Of a stretch of 64,000 nt of DNA, positions 13,101-26,105 are shown piece after piece. The stretch is from Mustelus asterias (lineage: Eukaryota). The translations under genes were made by a program, and so were the position numbers. Position 1 is the first letter of the stretch. Each line of letters begins with the position of its first letter. Location: assembly GCF_964213995.1 (NCBI RefSeq), contig NC_135823.1, positions 36,828,001 through 36,892,000 on the forward strand, given 5' to 3'. The notes under the pieces are model-generated. The model was not told the DNA's origin and did no database searches. It worked only from the letters and a program-made list of their open reading frames with translations.

Positions 13101-14339
13101 GTTAAATAAATTGTGATTTAATCATCAAACACAGAGTTTACCAAGTAACAATTTACAATTCAGAACAACAAACGTTAATTGTATTTCTCAGTCGCTTTTA
13201 GTTTGCTCAATTCAAGCTGATTCTTTTTCCTCCCAACACCTCATTGGAGAGGAGAAAGAAAATAACTGGGCCCAGTGTTCTGAGAGATGAGTGAGGCTTA
13301 TGGGTGTACAAGAAATAAAGTTTGAAATTAGAAATTATAGAGAAAATATATTTCAAAAATCCAGCAACAGGCTGTATGAATAACTCTTGGAGGCAGGGAA
13401 CTTTCCGAACCATTTTATTCCCATATGAAAATTTTCAAATTGAGCTTCCCTGCTAGGCTATTCCAGGTGATGAGACGAAGACATACTAGAAAGATTTCAA
13501 ACTAACTTATTGGCTGGGCATATTGCTCTGCTCTACAAATATTCATGCACAAATTTGAAATTCTAAATGACTGATTGCCACGCATGTATGGAAACTCATA
13601 CTCCATCTTATTTATAACAGACTACTAAAATGGCCCAGAAGGCAATAGATTTCATTGCAGGATCCCAAATTAAAAGAAAATTTCAAAAAAAATTTAACAG
13701 GACAACTTATTTTCTTTTATTAAAGAAAAGGGGTAGGGTACAAGGAACAAAAATAGCCTCCTTGACTTTGCTTATCCTTCAGCGTTGAGATTCAAACCAG
13801 TGTTTGTAATTGTAGACGTCTTGTTAAATCTTCTATTGCTTAGGGGAAACATGACAGCACCCCAAGTTCTCGCTCCCCTTTCAAAACAAAATTACCATCT
13901 CACACCTTTATTCCGCTTGACCCTTCGATTCACTGCCTTCAATGCTAGATATCTGTTCCCTTATCTAGTTCACTTATTTGTATCCTTTTTCCTACACAAT
14001 AAAGCACCAATGTAATATTTTACTTTAAAATATATCAATAAAAGCTGCTTTTTTGATAAATGGTTCAAGATTTATTTAGGAGGTGCCTCAATTGTCTAAG
14101 TTCAGAAGTCATAATGGTTTAAACTTCAAAGGTTCCTTATCAAACAGATTCCTAATATCAGTCATTGTTTATCTCAGAATGTCATAAATTGAATGCTAAT
14201 GTTTAAACCTGTGGGTTAGTGAAAAATGTTTATAAGCACCTTTTACAACTTTTAAGTGTTTTGGGATATCCTGAGATCAAATTAAAGATTGCTATAAGGA
14301 TTTGAACTAAATGCATTCATCAATAAAGGAAATTTACTT

Positions 14340-14740
14340 CAATGTTGCATGTCATTTTAAAAGACCTTTGATAAGATGTCACATTAGTGGCTTGTTGATA
14401 AAATTAGAGAATATGGCAATCAAGGGAGTGTCACAGTATAAATGGAAAACTGATTGTGGGACAAAAAATGTTTAAAGGCCTTGTCAGATTTGAGAGAAGT
14501 AAACAGCGGCAGCCCCAGAGATCATCACCGACAGCATCACAGTTCTTAATAAATAATCTGAACTTGAATATAGAGGCACAACATCAACATATGCAAATAA
14601 CACAAAAATAAGGAGTTTCATCAACTGTGAAAAGAACTGCATGTAACTACAGGAGGTTATAGACAAAGTACACTCTGCCAGGTGAAATGCAATGGAGAGA
14701 AATGAGGTCGCACAGGAGAAAAAACTGAAACACACCGACA
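14340..14740 (+). mobile_element. Old CR1 RT fragment
   Basis: Degenerate F.K.FDK.SH..L..K.. motif and a downstream FADD-like region. Confidence 0.5.
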
Positions 14741-15499
14741 ATAGTTAGTAAAGCTTATAAAATGAGCAGAGAGATTTAGCATACACACATCTTTGCAACT
14801 TATATTAAATGCAGAAAAACACAAGAGCCCAGGTGTTACAGCAGCAATGAAAATGAAATTGTCAGCATTCGCTATCATTATTCCACTGAAACTGACAGTA
14901 ACTTCTGGAGTCCACACACAATGACAATGTGGAAATCCAGAAGCCGCTGTCAGTGATTCCATGTTTTCCCAGGGTGCGCTGTTGAGACTGCAATGGAAGT
15001 AAACTAAATTGGTGAGAACTTCCACTCTTACACTTAGTTCCACTGACATTGTAAAAATCCTTGAAAGTTTCTTAAATGACGTACTAACTTCATAATTACT
15101 GGGAAACACCCTCACTGGCTCTGAAAAGCTAATTTCATCCGTAGAAATCAGTAATGTTAAAAAGGTCCACACTTTTAATTTAGGAAAAACATTATATCTA
15201 TTCCATTCATTATTTTTCTACCTGAAATTTTAAATTAAAAGTGAAGGATATCAAATATTTCTAGCTTATTGGTTTGCAGTATGTGAAATGTGACTGTTTG
15301 CTGACATTAATCGTTACTCCTCCATGCCAATACGTTCTTTTGACTTGGCACCAGTTAAACAATGTTGGGAAAGGAGAAAACCACACCACGGAAATTTCCT
15401 AGATCTCTTTCTTCAAGGCATGTGGCCTTGCTTAGTCACGGGCTACAAAATTTGGGCACAGAATCAAAAGAAATCTATCAGGATAACTGATCTAAAATT

Positions 15500-16400
15500 T
15501 GGTCAAAGAGGTCAAAGGGTGAGGGAGTTGGAACAGTATTGCAGGAGGGGAGAGAGAGAACATAAGGCACTGGAGGAACATGAGCCAATGTAGATTTCCA
15601 AAGACTGGGAAAGAGAGAAAGCTGGACACTGCATGATAGGATATAGGTAGCAATGTTTTATGAGCAGGTTTTCAGGAAGTGGAAGATTAGATGCCAGCCA
15701 TAGAAATATTGGAATGATTGAGCTTAGAACTGATAAATGTATGAAAGAAAGTTTCAACTGCAGACAGAAAATGTTAGAGGTAGAGGTACGTAATCTTTGC
15801 GATGGAAAGGACATGGATCAGAAACAAATCTCAGACATAAATTGGATACCAAAGTTGCCTACAGTCTGTTTCAGCTTGAACACGTGGACAGAAAGTGGAG
15901 GGTGCAATGTGGGGGAGGAGTTAGGTGAATAAAGCCACTGCCAAAAGGATGCAAAATGCATAGTTGGGTGAAAATTAAACTCTGGGAAGACGAAAATGTA
16001 AAAGTGCAACAAGTTGTGGCTCAGCCCAGACTGAATGTTGGACAAGTATCTTGACAGTAAATGTAAAGTTGCCATAGTCCCAGATGACCATAGGCTGCTC
16101 TCCACTTTGAGTGGGGTGGAGTTGACTGGTGGTGATTTAACCTGAGGGTCACCACACTTCAGGTGAGGGGAAAGGTTGAGAAGGCGGGGCCTCCATGAAG
16201 AACCTCAGCTGGTATGGGAATTGAACCCACGCTATTGGCATTGCTGCACATTACAAATCAGCCATCCAACCAACTGAGCTAACCGACCACCTGCATCTTG
16301 ACAGTAGATGCAGTGGAGGGTTAAGAGAGATTCTGCATAGTTGAAACCAAATGTGATCGATACATGTGGTCGATGTGGGAAAGTAAAAGGGAGAATTAGC
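15500..16400 (-). mobile_element. Old L2-like LINE fragment interrupted by a SINE
   Basis: Purine-rich + strand typical of antisense L2 ORF2; resembles the 26645-28400 element. Confidence 0.4.
16060..16294 (-). mobile_element. Full-length tRNA-derived SINE with 12-bp TSD
   Basis: Direct repeat ATCTTGACAGTA at 16048-16059 and 16295-16306. Minus strand has an A box TAGCTCAGTTGG and a B box GGTTCAATTCC. Confidence 0.88.
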
Positions 16401-16825
16401 TTGCAGAGACAGCCAAAAGTTGATGAAGCGATTTAAGAGGCCTCTGGTTTCATGATTAAAAATATACAGCACAGAAGCAATTAAGTAATGCTTAGCCTAC
16501 AACAATCATTTGTTTGTCTTTAGTTACAATATCATTTTCAGTTTTGGGCACTTGGCTTCAGGAAGGATGTCAATACCAAGGCAAAGGTGCAGTAAAAAAT
16601 TCATTGCTGTTTGGGATGAGAAGATTAGGTTAAGAGCAGAGATCATAGAAATTGGGATTTTACATTGGAACAAGGATGTTAAAAGCAGTGTTCAAAATGA
16701 TATAATGTTTTGATAAAATAAACTAACAATTTCAACAAGACAATGAATTGATAGAACAGATTTATCAACGGGTGAAGGGAGAGCTAGAAGTTTATCTTGT
16801 GACAGCAGTGTTGGTAGCAAACTTG

Positions 16826-17125
16826 ATAAGAACATATGAATAGGAGAAGGATTAGGTCATTCAGCCGCACAGGCATGCTCCGCAATTCAGTAAGGTGGTG
16901 GAACTGAATCCAGCCTCAAGTCCACTACCTCCCATAATCATGGACTCCCTTGTAGATGAAAACTCTGCTGAAGCCAGCTTTGAATATATTTAATGACTCA
17001 GCCTCCACTACTCTGCGGTAGAAAATTCCAACGGGCAAATGACCAAGAGATGAAATTTCTTATCTCCATATTAAATGGAAGACCCCTTATGTTTCAACTG
17101 TGCCACTTAGTTCTCAATCCCCCCA
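16826..17125 (-). mobile_element. CR1 3' end fragment
   Basis: ATAAGAACATATGAATAGGAG...AGGTCATTCAGCC is the reverse complement of the CR1 tail type seen at ~10080-10145. Confidence 0.65.
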
Positions 17126-17129
17126 CTGT

Positions 17130-19610
17130 TTGCAGGATGTAGGTGGTGCTGGCTAGACCAGAGTTTGCTGCCCTTCCCTAATTGCCCTCAAAAAGGTGAT
17201 GGTGAACTGCTGTTAAGGAGTTCCAAGATTTTGATCCAGTGAGTGGAGAGAGATATAGTTCCAAGTCAGGATGGTGCATGCATGGAGGGGAACCTGCAAG
17301 TGGAGGCGTTTCCATATATCCACGATACTTGCCCTTTGAGGTGATATGAGGTTGTAGGTTTGGAGGGTATCAAAGGAACTTTGGCAAGTTGCTGCACATG
17401 TCTTTGGTCCTGCGTGCCAATCAGGCAAGCTGCTTTGTCCTGGATATTGTTGAGTTTCTTGAGTGTTGTTGGAGCACCCACTATCAGAAGGACATGATTG
17501 CACTGAAGAGGGTGCAGAGGAGATTCACCAGGATATTGCCTGGGATGGAAAGTTTCAGCTATGAGGAGAGACTGGATAGGCTGGGTTTGTTTTCCCTGGA
17601 GCAGAGAAGGCTGAGGGGGATCTGATAAAGGTAAACAAAATTATGAGAGGCATAAATAGGGTAGATCGTAAGAATATTTTCCCCATGGCAGAGGTGTCTA
17701 AAACCAGAGGGCATAGGTTTAAGGTGAGGAGGGGATTAGAGAAAAATTCTCTTCACCCCGAGGGTGGTGGGAAAATGGAACATGCTGCTTGAGGGGGTGG
17801 TGGACACAGGTACTCACGCAGCATTTAAGAAGCATCGAGAGGAGCACTTAAATCACCAAGGAATTGGAGGCTTTGGTACATGGATTAGCATAGATTGGTA
17901 CTTGATGGTCGGCATAGACGCAGTGGGCCCAAGGGCCTGTTTCTGTGCTGTATGACTATGACACTCATCCAAGCAAGTGGAGAGTATTCCATCACACTCC
18001 AGACTTGCGCCTTGTAGATGGGGGAGAGGTTTTACTGTGTCAGGAAGTGAGTTATCCACCACAAAATTCCCAGCCTCTGACCTGCCTTTGTAGCCACAGT
18101 ATTTGGCTGGTCCAGGTCAGTTTCTGGTCAATGCTAATTCACCCCAAGGATGTTGATTGTAGGGGATTCAGCAATGGTAATGCCATTGAATGTCATGGGG
18201 AGATAGTTATAACGTGGCACAAAAGTTTTTTTGCCACCTGTCAGCCCAAGCCTGAATATTTTCCAGGTCTTGTTGCACATGGGCATGGACTGCTTCAGTA
18301 CCTGAGGAGTCACAAATGGTACGGAGTATAGTGTAATCGTCTACAAACATCCCCACATCTGATCTTATGATGGAGGGAAGGTCATTCACTGATAGCAGCT
18401 GAATATGGTTAGGCGCCAACGAACACATACACCTTCCTTTCTGCTAGGTATGACTCCAACCAGTGGAGTTTTCTTACCCAATTTCCATAGACTTTACTAG
18501 GTTTCCATGATGCCACACTTGATCAAATGTCAAGGACAGTCACTCTCACCTCAGGAGCTCAGTTCTTTTGTTCACAGACCAGGACTGTAGTGAGGTCAGG
18601 CGCTGAATAGCCCTGGCCGAAAGCAAACTGCATCAGTAAACAGGTTATGGCCGCTTGATAGCATTGTTGATTATATCTTAATCAATTTGCTGATGGTTGA
18701 GAATAGACAGATGGGGCATAATTGGTCAGGTTGGATTTGCCCCGCTTTTTGTGGATGGGAGATATCGGGACAATTTTCCACATTGTGGGCAGTTGTCAGT
18801 GTTATTGCTGTACTGAAACAACTTGGCTAGAGGTATGGTTAGCTCTGAAGCACAAGTCTTCAGTACTATTGCTGGAATGTTGTCAGGGCCCAGAGATTTT
18901 GCAGTATCCAGTTACTTCAGGTATTGTGGTATTTATCAAATTCACTGGAGATGGACATCTGTAATGCTGGGAACCCCAGGAAGAGGCCAAGATTAATTAA
19001 CCACTCAGCACTTCTAGCTGAAGATAACTACAAATGCTTCAGCCTTGTCTTTTGCACTGATGGACTGGCCCCGCCATCATTGAGGATGGGGACATTTGTG
19101 CAGCCTCCTCCTCCATGTAGTTGTTTAATTGCCCACCACTATTCATGACAAGATGTGGCAGGACTGCAAAGTTTAGATCTGATTCATTATTTATGAGATC
19201 ATTTAGCAATTCTATTACATCCTGTTTGGCATACAGGTGGTTGTGTGTTGTAGTTTCACCGGGTTGACACTTCATTTTTAGATATGCCTCATGCTGTTCC
19301 TGCCACATCCTCCTGTACTCTTCATTGAACCAGGATTGATCCACTACCTTTTATGGTAGAGTGAGGGATATGATGGGCCACGAGATTTCAGATTGTGGTT
19401 GAATGTAATTCTGCAGGTGGCCCACATAGACACAGGAATGCCCAATTTTGAATTGCTCGATCTGTTTGAAATCCATCCCATTTAGTATGGTGCTAGTGCC
19501 ACAAAATACAATGAAGGGCATCCTCAATGTTAAGATGGGATTTTGCCTCCACAGTGCAGTGGTCACGCCAACCAATACTGTCATGGACAGTTGTATTTGT
19601 GACAGCTAGA
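17130..19610 (-). mobile_element. CR1/L2-clade LINE ORF2 remnant, interrupted at ~17480-17960
   Basis: Minus-strand ORFs carry NDLPSIIRSDVGMFVDDYT (FADD motif), QQDLENIQAWAD, WFNEEYRR and APTTLKKLNNIQDKAACLIG. The sequence continues across the inserted CR1. Confidence 0.85.
17481..17960 (+). mobile_element. CR1 3' end nested inside the antisense LINE
   Basis: ALKRVQRRFTRILPGMESFSYEERLDRLGLFSLEQRRLRG, with tail GGGCCTGTTTCTGTGCTGTATGACTATGA. Confidence 0.88.
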
Positions 19611-19614
19611 GTGG

Positions 19615-20135
19615 TATATGTTTCAATAAGATCACCTCTCATTCTTTTAAACTCCAATTAGTACAGGCCCAACCTGCTCAACCCTTCCTCACTAGACAAC
19701 TCCTTCATCCCAGGAGTCAGCCAGATTCATCACTCCAGATCATGAATATAGATTCCAAATAGGTGACGCCTCAGCACTGATCCGTAAGGCACCCCATAAG
19801 TGTGATTTGCAAACCTGAGCATTACTTAGCCCCAACACCATCTTGGGTAGTAACCTTTTATATAATACCCTTTTGAATATCTTTTGTAAATCCAAATACA
19901 CAACAGGTTCCCTTTTATCCACTCTGTTTGTTACATCCTCAAAGTACTGTAATAAATTTGTCAAATTTTAAAACCACACTGACCTTCCTGATTGATCTTC
20001 TAAATGTCCTGCTACTGCGTCCTTAGTAATGTTCTCTAGTATATTCCCAATGACAAATGTTAGGCCAACTGGCCTACAGTTTCTTGCTTTCTGTTTCCCT
20101 ACTTTCTTGAATAGGGGTGTTGAGAATAGTGGACA
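19615..20135 (-). mobile_element. CR1 RT fragments
   Basis: TNLLQYFEDVTNRVD..VVYLDLQK and PLFKK..NCRPVGLT in minus-strand ORFs. Confidence 0.8.
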
Positions 20136-22149
20136 GAGGTGTTTTGTTTTCAAAGCATGAGGAAATGGGAGTGGAGGTGATGAGACACTGCTCTTAAGGG
20201 TTGCAATGGGCTGGATTGTCAATCTCTGTGCTATAAAGTTCTATGATTCTGGGACAGGAATTTAGCAATCATTCCAGGTTCAAAGACTGAAAACAAAAAC
20301 TCAATCCTTGTCACAAAAGCAAGCATATCAACACAATGAATAAGCCACATCACAAGTAATTTTATAACCCACAGAACTGCGAAAATGTTTATATTTATTA
20401 AAATAGTACCACTAAAGATTGCACAGAATATTTATAAAACTGTTTTATCCAAATCCCTAAGGCTCACTTTTCACTATCCAAAACGTAATAAATTCTCTTT
20501 TTTTATACCCATACTTAATATGCACCAGTCCATCTCACCTAAAGTATTTACATTTGGCAATTTGGGTTCAGCAATGGGAAACCAACAGCCTGAGACCCAA
20601 TCATGTTTACAACAGCAGAACCATGTACCAATGAGCCCACATTTTAATGTGTCTATAGTGTTGGCTGGCTACATTTGCACTATGAAATGCAACTGATGGA
20701 GAGTCTGATGGAAGTCATCAACCTGAAACAGATGCTACCTGGCCTGTAGAATATTCCAGCATTTTAGACAAAGGAAGACCAGGTCTCCCTCCATACAAGT
20801 TATCATATTCATATCAGGATACATTGTTTTACAATGTCATTAAATCAGGACCTCATAAATTTGTTCTAATGGTTCACTCATAGCACCAAAAGAAATCTAT
20901 GAAGTTGGATATTTCAACCTGTAACTTTTGCTTGTTTTTTTAAAAAATGCAGTCACTTTTTATAGCAGCAAGTAGAATTCACAATGTTATGGACTGAAGA
21001 CAAAACTTAATTCACCACTATTGAAATTTACAGATTTATTTTATATGCTTCAAATCCTGATCAGTTTTAAAATAAAATAACCAATATGGGTCGAATGGCC
21101 TCTTTCTGTACTGTAGGGTTTCTATGTTTCTATGATTATATTACCAAGTGTCAGAGGAATATAGGTCTTTTTACTACTTCTGTTTCATTACCACCAATAA
21201 AAAAAAGAATGGCGAATGTACAAAGTGCTCATATTGTATCTACCTAAACTATGGATAAACACACAATTGCAAACTCTGCCCTTCCAAAATTGAATTGTGT
21301 CTGCAATGAAAAGGGATTAAATCTGCAATAAACATTTTGAGGTGTCTAAAGTAGGATGAGGCACTCGTAGTTTGTCACAAATGATGTTAACAACAGAAGA
21401 AACTTGATATCATATTTTGGTACTATTCAAACTAATTGAATTATATTGGTTTAAGTGTGATTTCCCAATAGTGCATTCAAACCAGCACACTAACCAGTGA
21501 CAACACAGTTTACGTTGCTCGTTTGACACCAGAATAAGACTACTTAATGGAGAGGATCAGAATTAACAACAGGCTTTCAGGTTAAGACGACATTGCTTTG
21601 CCTCAATCAATTTATCAAAAATAAAGAGCTGTCGAATGGCAGATCAGGAATGCAAGGAAAACTTTTGTTTGGGAGGGGGCGGGGGAAATCGGGTAGCAGA
21701 ATTTCCGCACCAGTTACTACACGTTTTGAAATAAGCTAGTTACTTACCAGTTTTATTAGAATTACCTGAAATACACAAATCTGCCAAATGATTGGACACG
21801 ACATGACAGAAGGTTAGGGCAGCTATACTGAGCTGGGGCAGCCCGTCCTGAGGACACAGGGTAGGCAGCTAATGGTGGGAAAATAAGTGTCCCCATCCAG
21901 TTTGTCAGTATAACCCTTGCCACTTGTATATTAATACATAAATATTTTCAAAAAGCAACTTAACTTCCTTCACAATTTACATTAAAACATTGAGGAATAA
22001 ACATAAAAATAGTTGACTATAAACGAACTGTCACTCTACCCATCAGATCCTGGCGCTCTTTATTGGCTGCTGGCAAGCAAAAGAAAGCAATAGCATAAGC
22101 ACTTTCTGAAAAAAAGGAGGCAAAGAAAAACAACTTTTACAAGGAGATA

Positions 22150-22720
22150 CCCACCACCGCTCCAACGAACGCCATCTTAAATCTGAGGGCGACGATAAAG
22201 CTCGAGCAACCAGCTCAGTCTCGCGGCGTTTTGGCGACGGTGGAATTGGCGCTGTGTCAGTTGGGGGGGAGGCGGGGCGGGGCGGGGTCAAGGCGCCGTG
22301 ATTGACAGGCGGCGCATGTCACTTCCTCAGCGTCATCACGCTCTCGCGGTGATTGTGACGCAGGCGCCCGTGCCCCTGTGTGTGGGAAACCCCTGGCGTT
22401 ATTGCGTTGGAGACGCCATTGTTGTGGCCGGGAGGTGGTGTCGGTTTGAAATCGTGGGACTTGCCGTCAATGTGTGCTGCCCGTGTGTGACAGTAAAAGT
22501 ACTTGAATGGCGATTTATTTATTTTTTTTAAAAAAGTATTGGCTATGAATGAGGTGTAGTGAGTGAGAGGTAGGGCCGCTTGCAGCGAGAAGATGTGTCT
22601 GAGAAGCGTTGCGGGGCCTATCGATTGGAGCTGAGCCTAGGAACCAGCCGCCAGGAAGCCGGCCTGTCTTGTGTGCGGTCTCTTCGGAGTGCGGACTCTT
22701 GCGTTCCCGCATCACACACC
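22150..22720. promoter_or_regulatory. CpG-rich TATA-less promoter of RBBP6, possibly bidirectional
   Basis: Sharp local CpG enrichment. Tandem GC boxes GGCGGGGCGGGGCGGGG (22271-22287), PBX/PKNOX-type TGATTGACAG (22299-22308), YY1-type CGCCATCTT (22170-22178) and CGCCATTG (~22414), TCTCGCG half-sites (~22219, ~22342). A further AAGATGGCG lies at ~23780 in intron 1. Confidence 0.8.
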
Positions 22721-23519
22721 CAGTTCCCAAATCCTCCCACCCACACTCCTCTCTTCTTTCCTACTTGCCCCCTCAGTCTTTTGGACAATAGACCATGGAT
22801 CCCACTTGTTCCTGACAAATACTTGCCGAGAGAAAAAAAAAGGAGGCGCACCTCTGGTGATACTAGGGTCTCGTGTGCGTTATGTGCATTTTTCCTCTTT
22901 TACTTTACCATTAATGCCAGTGACTTTTTTCGTTTTTAAAAAAAAATCCCGTCCCAATCTTACTTAAAAAGGAGACGATACTTAAGAAATGCTCCTGAAG
23001 ACAGTGTCTGTGGGCGAGAAACTAATCTAGGCACAGTCGTTGCAACAGGATTTTCCGAATGAAGGAAACCAAGACTCAAACGTGGATCCGATTCTCTTAG
23101 ATTAAAAAAAAACTGCGCCGAGAACTACTGCATTGCGGCTTTGTAATAAAAAGGAAGAGGGAAAATAAACTGAATATTTTTGAACTCTTTACCTTGGGAA
23201 ATAAATCCTTTGGACTTCGTACAATTTCTTGGACATTTAAACTATACCATTGACTTTTGAACTATCCGGTTTATTAGTGAGTAAAACCGCTAGTATTTAA
23301 TTTTGTGCAATGTGCAGTTGAAAGCGAGCCCGTTATTTCCTGACTTTACGTCCAGTATAGTGTTTTTTTTATAAATTGCTTTAATACAACAAAGTCTAAA
23401 ATACTTGAATTTCAGATATTAAATTGTGAAAAAGAGGATTTTTTTGTTTTTGTGTTTTGCAGTGGTAAAAGGGTAAAACTTTTTTGTGGGTAAGGCTTGT
23501 CCCATTAAAAAAAAACAAA

Positions 23520-23685
23520 ATGTCGTGTGTACATTACAAATTTTCTTCTAAACTGAACTATGACACGGTCACTTTCGATGGGCTTCATATTTCTTTGAGT
23601 GATCTAAAGAAAACCATCATGGCCAGAGAGAAGTTGAAGGCGGCAGACTGCGATTTACAGATCACCAACGCACAGACTAAGGAAG
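23520..23685 (+). CDS. RBBP6: RBBP6 coding exon 1, DWNN domain N-terminal part (MSCVHYKFSSKLNYDTVTFDG...TNAQTKE)
   Basis: Diagnostic RBBP6 N-terminus; 166 nt; donor G|GTAAGT. Confidence 0.98.
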
Positions 23686-24689
23686 GTAAGTTGGCCACAG
23701 TGACATATTTCTATTTAAATACTGTTTATCAATCTGTCCTTTGTTTCATGTTGCCTCTAACTCGTATGTTACGGTAGACAAGATGGCGCACGTTTGCTGG
23801 ATTTGTCCGATTTCGTAAGGACATGTTTGCACGTTGGGTCGCAGCAAACCGAGCTTATTAAATGTGTTTTTGGCGTTACGATATAACTTTTCATAATAAT
23901 GGTTTCAACCTTCAGTGCAACTTAATACCCATTTATTAAAAAATCACCATCAGACACCATCTGCTTTTTCCCTGTGCTTTTCCGCAAGATAAGTGCTTAT
24001 CTTTCCCTTTGTCACTGATAAATTGCCCTCCCGTCTCCAGGAGCACATCATGAACTTAAATAACCCGTGCAAGAACTCCAAATCTCCCAACTAATGTTTC
24101 TTAGAGGTCATTTAGCCTTTGCTGCGTCGTCTCGAAGAGTGCCCTTCAGGCGATGACGGTCTGAAGCAATGTGGTGCGCATGATGACAGTAGTAATTGGC
24201 AAAAAAATTAATGTTCGTGGCTGTCGAACCTGGCTTGAATCCTTATGAAAGCATTGGTTTTAAAAACCGATTGCAATGTAAATTGATTTTAAGTTTACGT
24301 ATTGTCTACCATTGTATTCTTAAATACTCGGTTTTGAATCAATGATTTTTAAAAACAAGTATTTAAGAATACAATAACTTCAGAGTTTTCAAACGTCATG
24401 TGAGGGCTCATCTGTCATGTATTTTTCCTAATTAGTAGGGTTGATCTATTGGAGTGGCTATCCTCTGAACAGAATGAAAATTCTATAATGTTGAAGGGAG
24501 AATTAGTCAACTGTTGTTGATCTAAGTCTAAATCTACTGCCATTTTATTGTAAGTTCATGTCAATTAAGTTGTGGAATGTAGATGCTTGAACTTTGAATC
24601 TAATTAGAGTAGTATTTTCAGCATTTCAGTAGCTTAGGCTGTCATATAGGAATCACATCCCAATGAGCATGGTGCAATTTCTTCCTTGA

Positions 24690-24850
24690 CCTGTCCTAAA
24701 AAGAGGGCAGTATTTGACATTTCCTAACAGTCCATGTGGGTGTACCTACGCCACATGGACTGCAACGGTTCAAGACGGCAGCTTACCACCACCACCTTGA
24801 GAGCGATTAGGGGCGGACAAATGCTGACCTAGCCAGCGATGCCCATTCTC
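24690..24850 (+). mobile_element. LINE 3' end fragment
   Basis: GGACTGCAACGGTTCAAGACGGCAGCTTACCACCAC...AAATGCTGACCTAGCCAGCGATGCCCA matches the tail family at ~17140-17220 on the minus strand. Confidence 0.6.
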
Positions 24851-25835
24851 ATTAAGCTTCCTCCAATATGTCACACTTGTTGTCCAGCTAATTGAGATTG
24901 CTGTTGTCTGGTTCCACTATTACCAGTGCAGTTGTAGCTAGAGAATGATTTGCAATAACTTCTCATGCTTCCATACAGTTGTGTGGAGTTCCATGGGAAC
25001 TATTTTCAGCTTATTACTTGCACCTAGCACCTTTCACAACCTCAGGACATACAAAACTGCTTTACAGGCAATGAAATACTCCCTTGTGGTACGTCATGTA
25101 ATCATTAAATCATAACACACTGTTCAATTCCATGTGTTTGTTGAAAAAATCCAGCTCTAACTCACCAGTTCTTCATTTGAAGACTTTATTGACTGGTTGG
25201 GCTGCTTGTCTGACACCCAGTCCTGGGTGAGCTGAAATTTCTCCCTGCTACATGTTGGGAAGATCAAAGCTATTGTGTTTAGCCATTGCCACACACTATA
25301 CTCCTTACCACTGATTTCATCTGCCTTCCCGGTCTGCATATTACACAGTAGCAAGTTGTTCACAACCATGATGTCTTTCTGTAACTGAATTACACAGTTC
25401 TGTTGGTTGGTCAGCCTCCTATATCTCTCGCCCTCGACTTTGTCCTTCTCCAAAGTTCACCAAGTTCCATTCACCACCACCACCAATCACTAACGAACAA
25501 TAATTTCCAGTCCTGTAAATTTTTGGTTTCAAAAATTCTGATCTTATTGTTGGAATCTCTCAATGGGTTCTTCCAAACTTAGAATCTTCAAAGAACTGCA
25601 CACTCTAATGCATCCCACGTTTTACTCGCCCACCATTGATCATGCTGTCAAGGCCCTCTTAATTCCCTTGCTACACCTTTCCATCTCTTGTCATCGAAAT
25701 TCCTTAAACTCGTGTCTTTTACCAAGCTCTTTGTCACCTGTCCTAGTGTTTCCTTTCACAATGTCAGTTTTTACCTGCCTGCACTGCTGTGAAGTTCCTT
25801 GGGATGTTTTACTGCGTTAATGGTGTTCTATAAAT

Positions 25836-26105
25836 GTGGCATAGTGGTTAGCACTGCTGTCTCACAGCGCCGGGACCCAGGTTCAATTCCAGGTTTGGGT
25901 CACTCTTGTACATTCTCCTAGTCTCTGTGTGGGTTTCCTCTGGGTGCTCCAGTTTCCTCCCACAGGCCGAAAGAAGTGCTGGTTGGCCATGCTAAATTCT
26001 CTGTGTACCCGAACAGGCGCTGGAGTATGGCAACTGGGGGATTTTCATAGTAACATCATTGCAGTGTTCATGTAAACCTATTTGTGACACTAATAAATAA
26101 ACTTA
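25836..26105 (+). mobile_element. V-SINE-type (HE1-like head) SINE
   Basis: TGGCATAGTGGTTAGCACTGCTG..CACAGCGCC..GGTTCAATTCC head, V-domain GGTTTCCTC..GGTGCTCCAGTTTCCTCCCACAG, and a TAAA-repeat tail. Confidence 0.8.

Noticed and set aside
14484-15172. 171-aa minus-strand ORF, the longest in the track
   Set aside because: No recognisable motif, non-ATG start, and it overlaps a decayed CR1 fragment.
16200-16294. tRNA-like A/B box sequences here and at ~3790-3864, 25836, 52385 and 54512
   Set aside because: They are SINE heads: no cloverleaf or acceptor stem, and each continues into a SINE body.
22043-22967. Cluster of 60-119 aa ORFs over the promoter
   Set aside because: Expected from GC-rich sequence; mostly non-ATG starts and no recognisable domains.
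23484-23519. N-terminal extension of RBBP6 suggested by the ORF track
   Set aside because: It starts at TTG; the conserved protein begins MSCVHYKF at ATG 23520.
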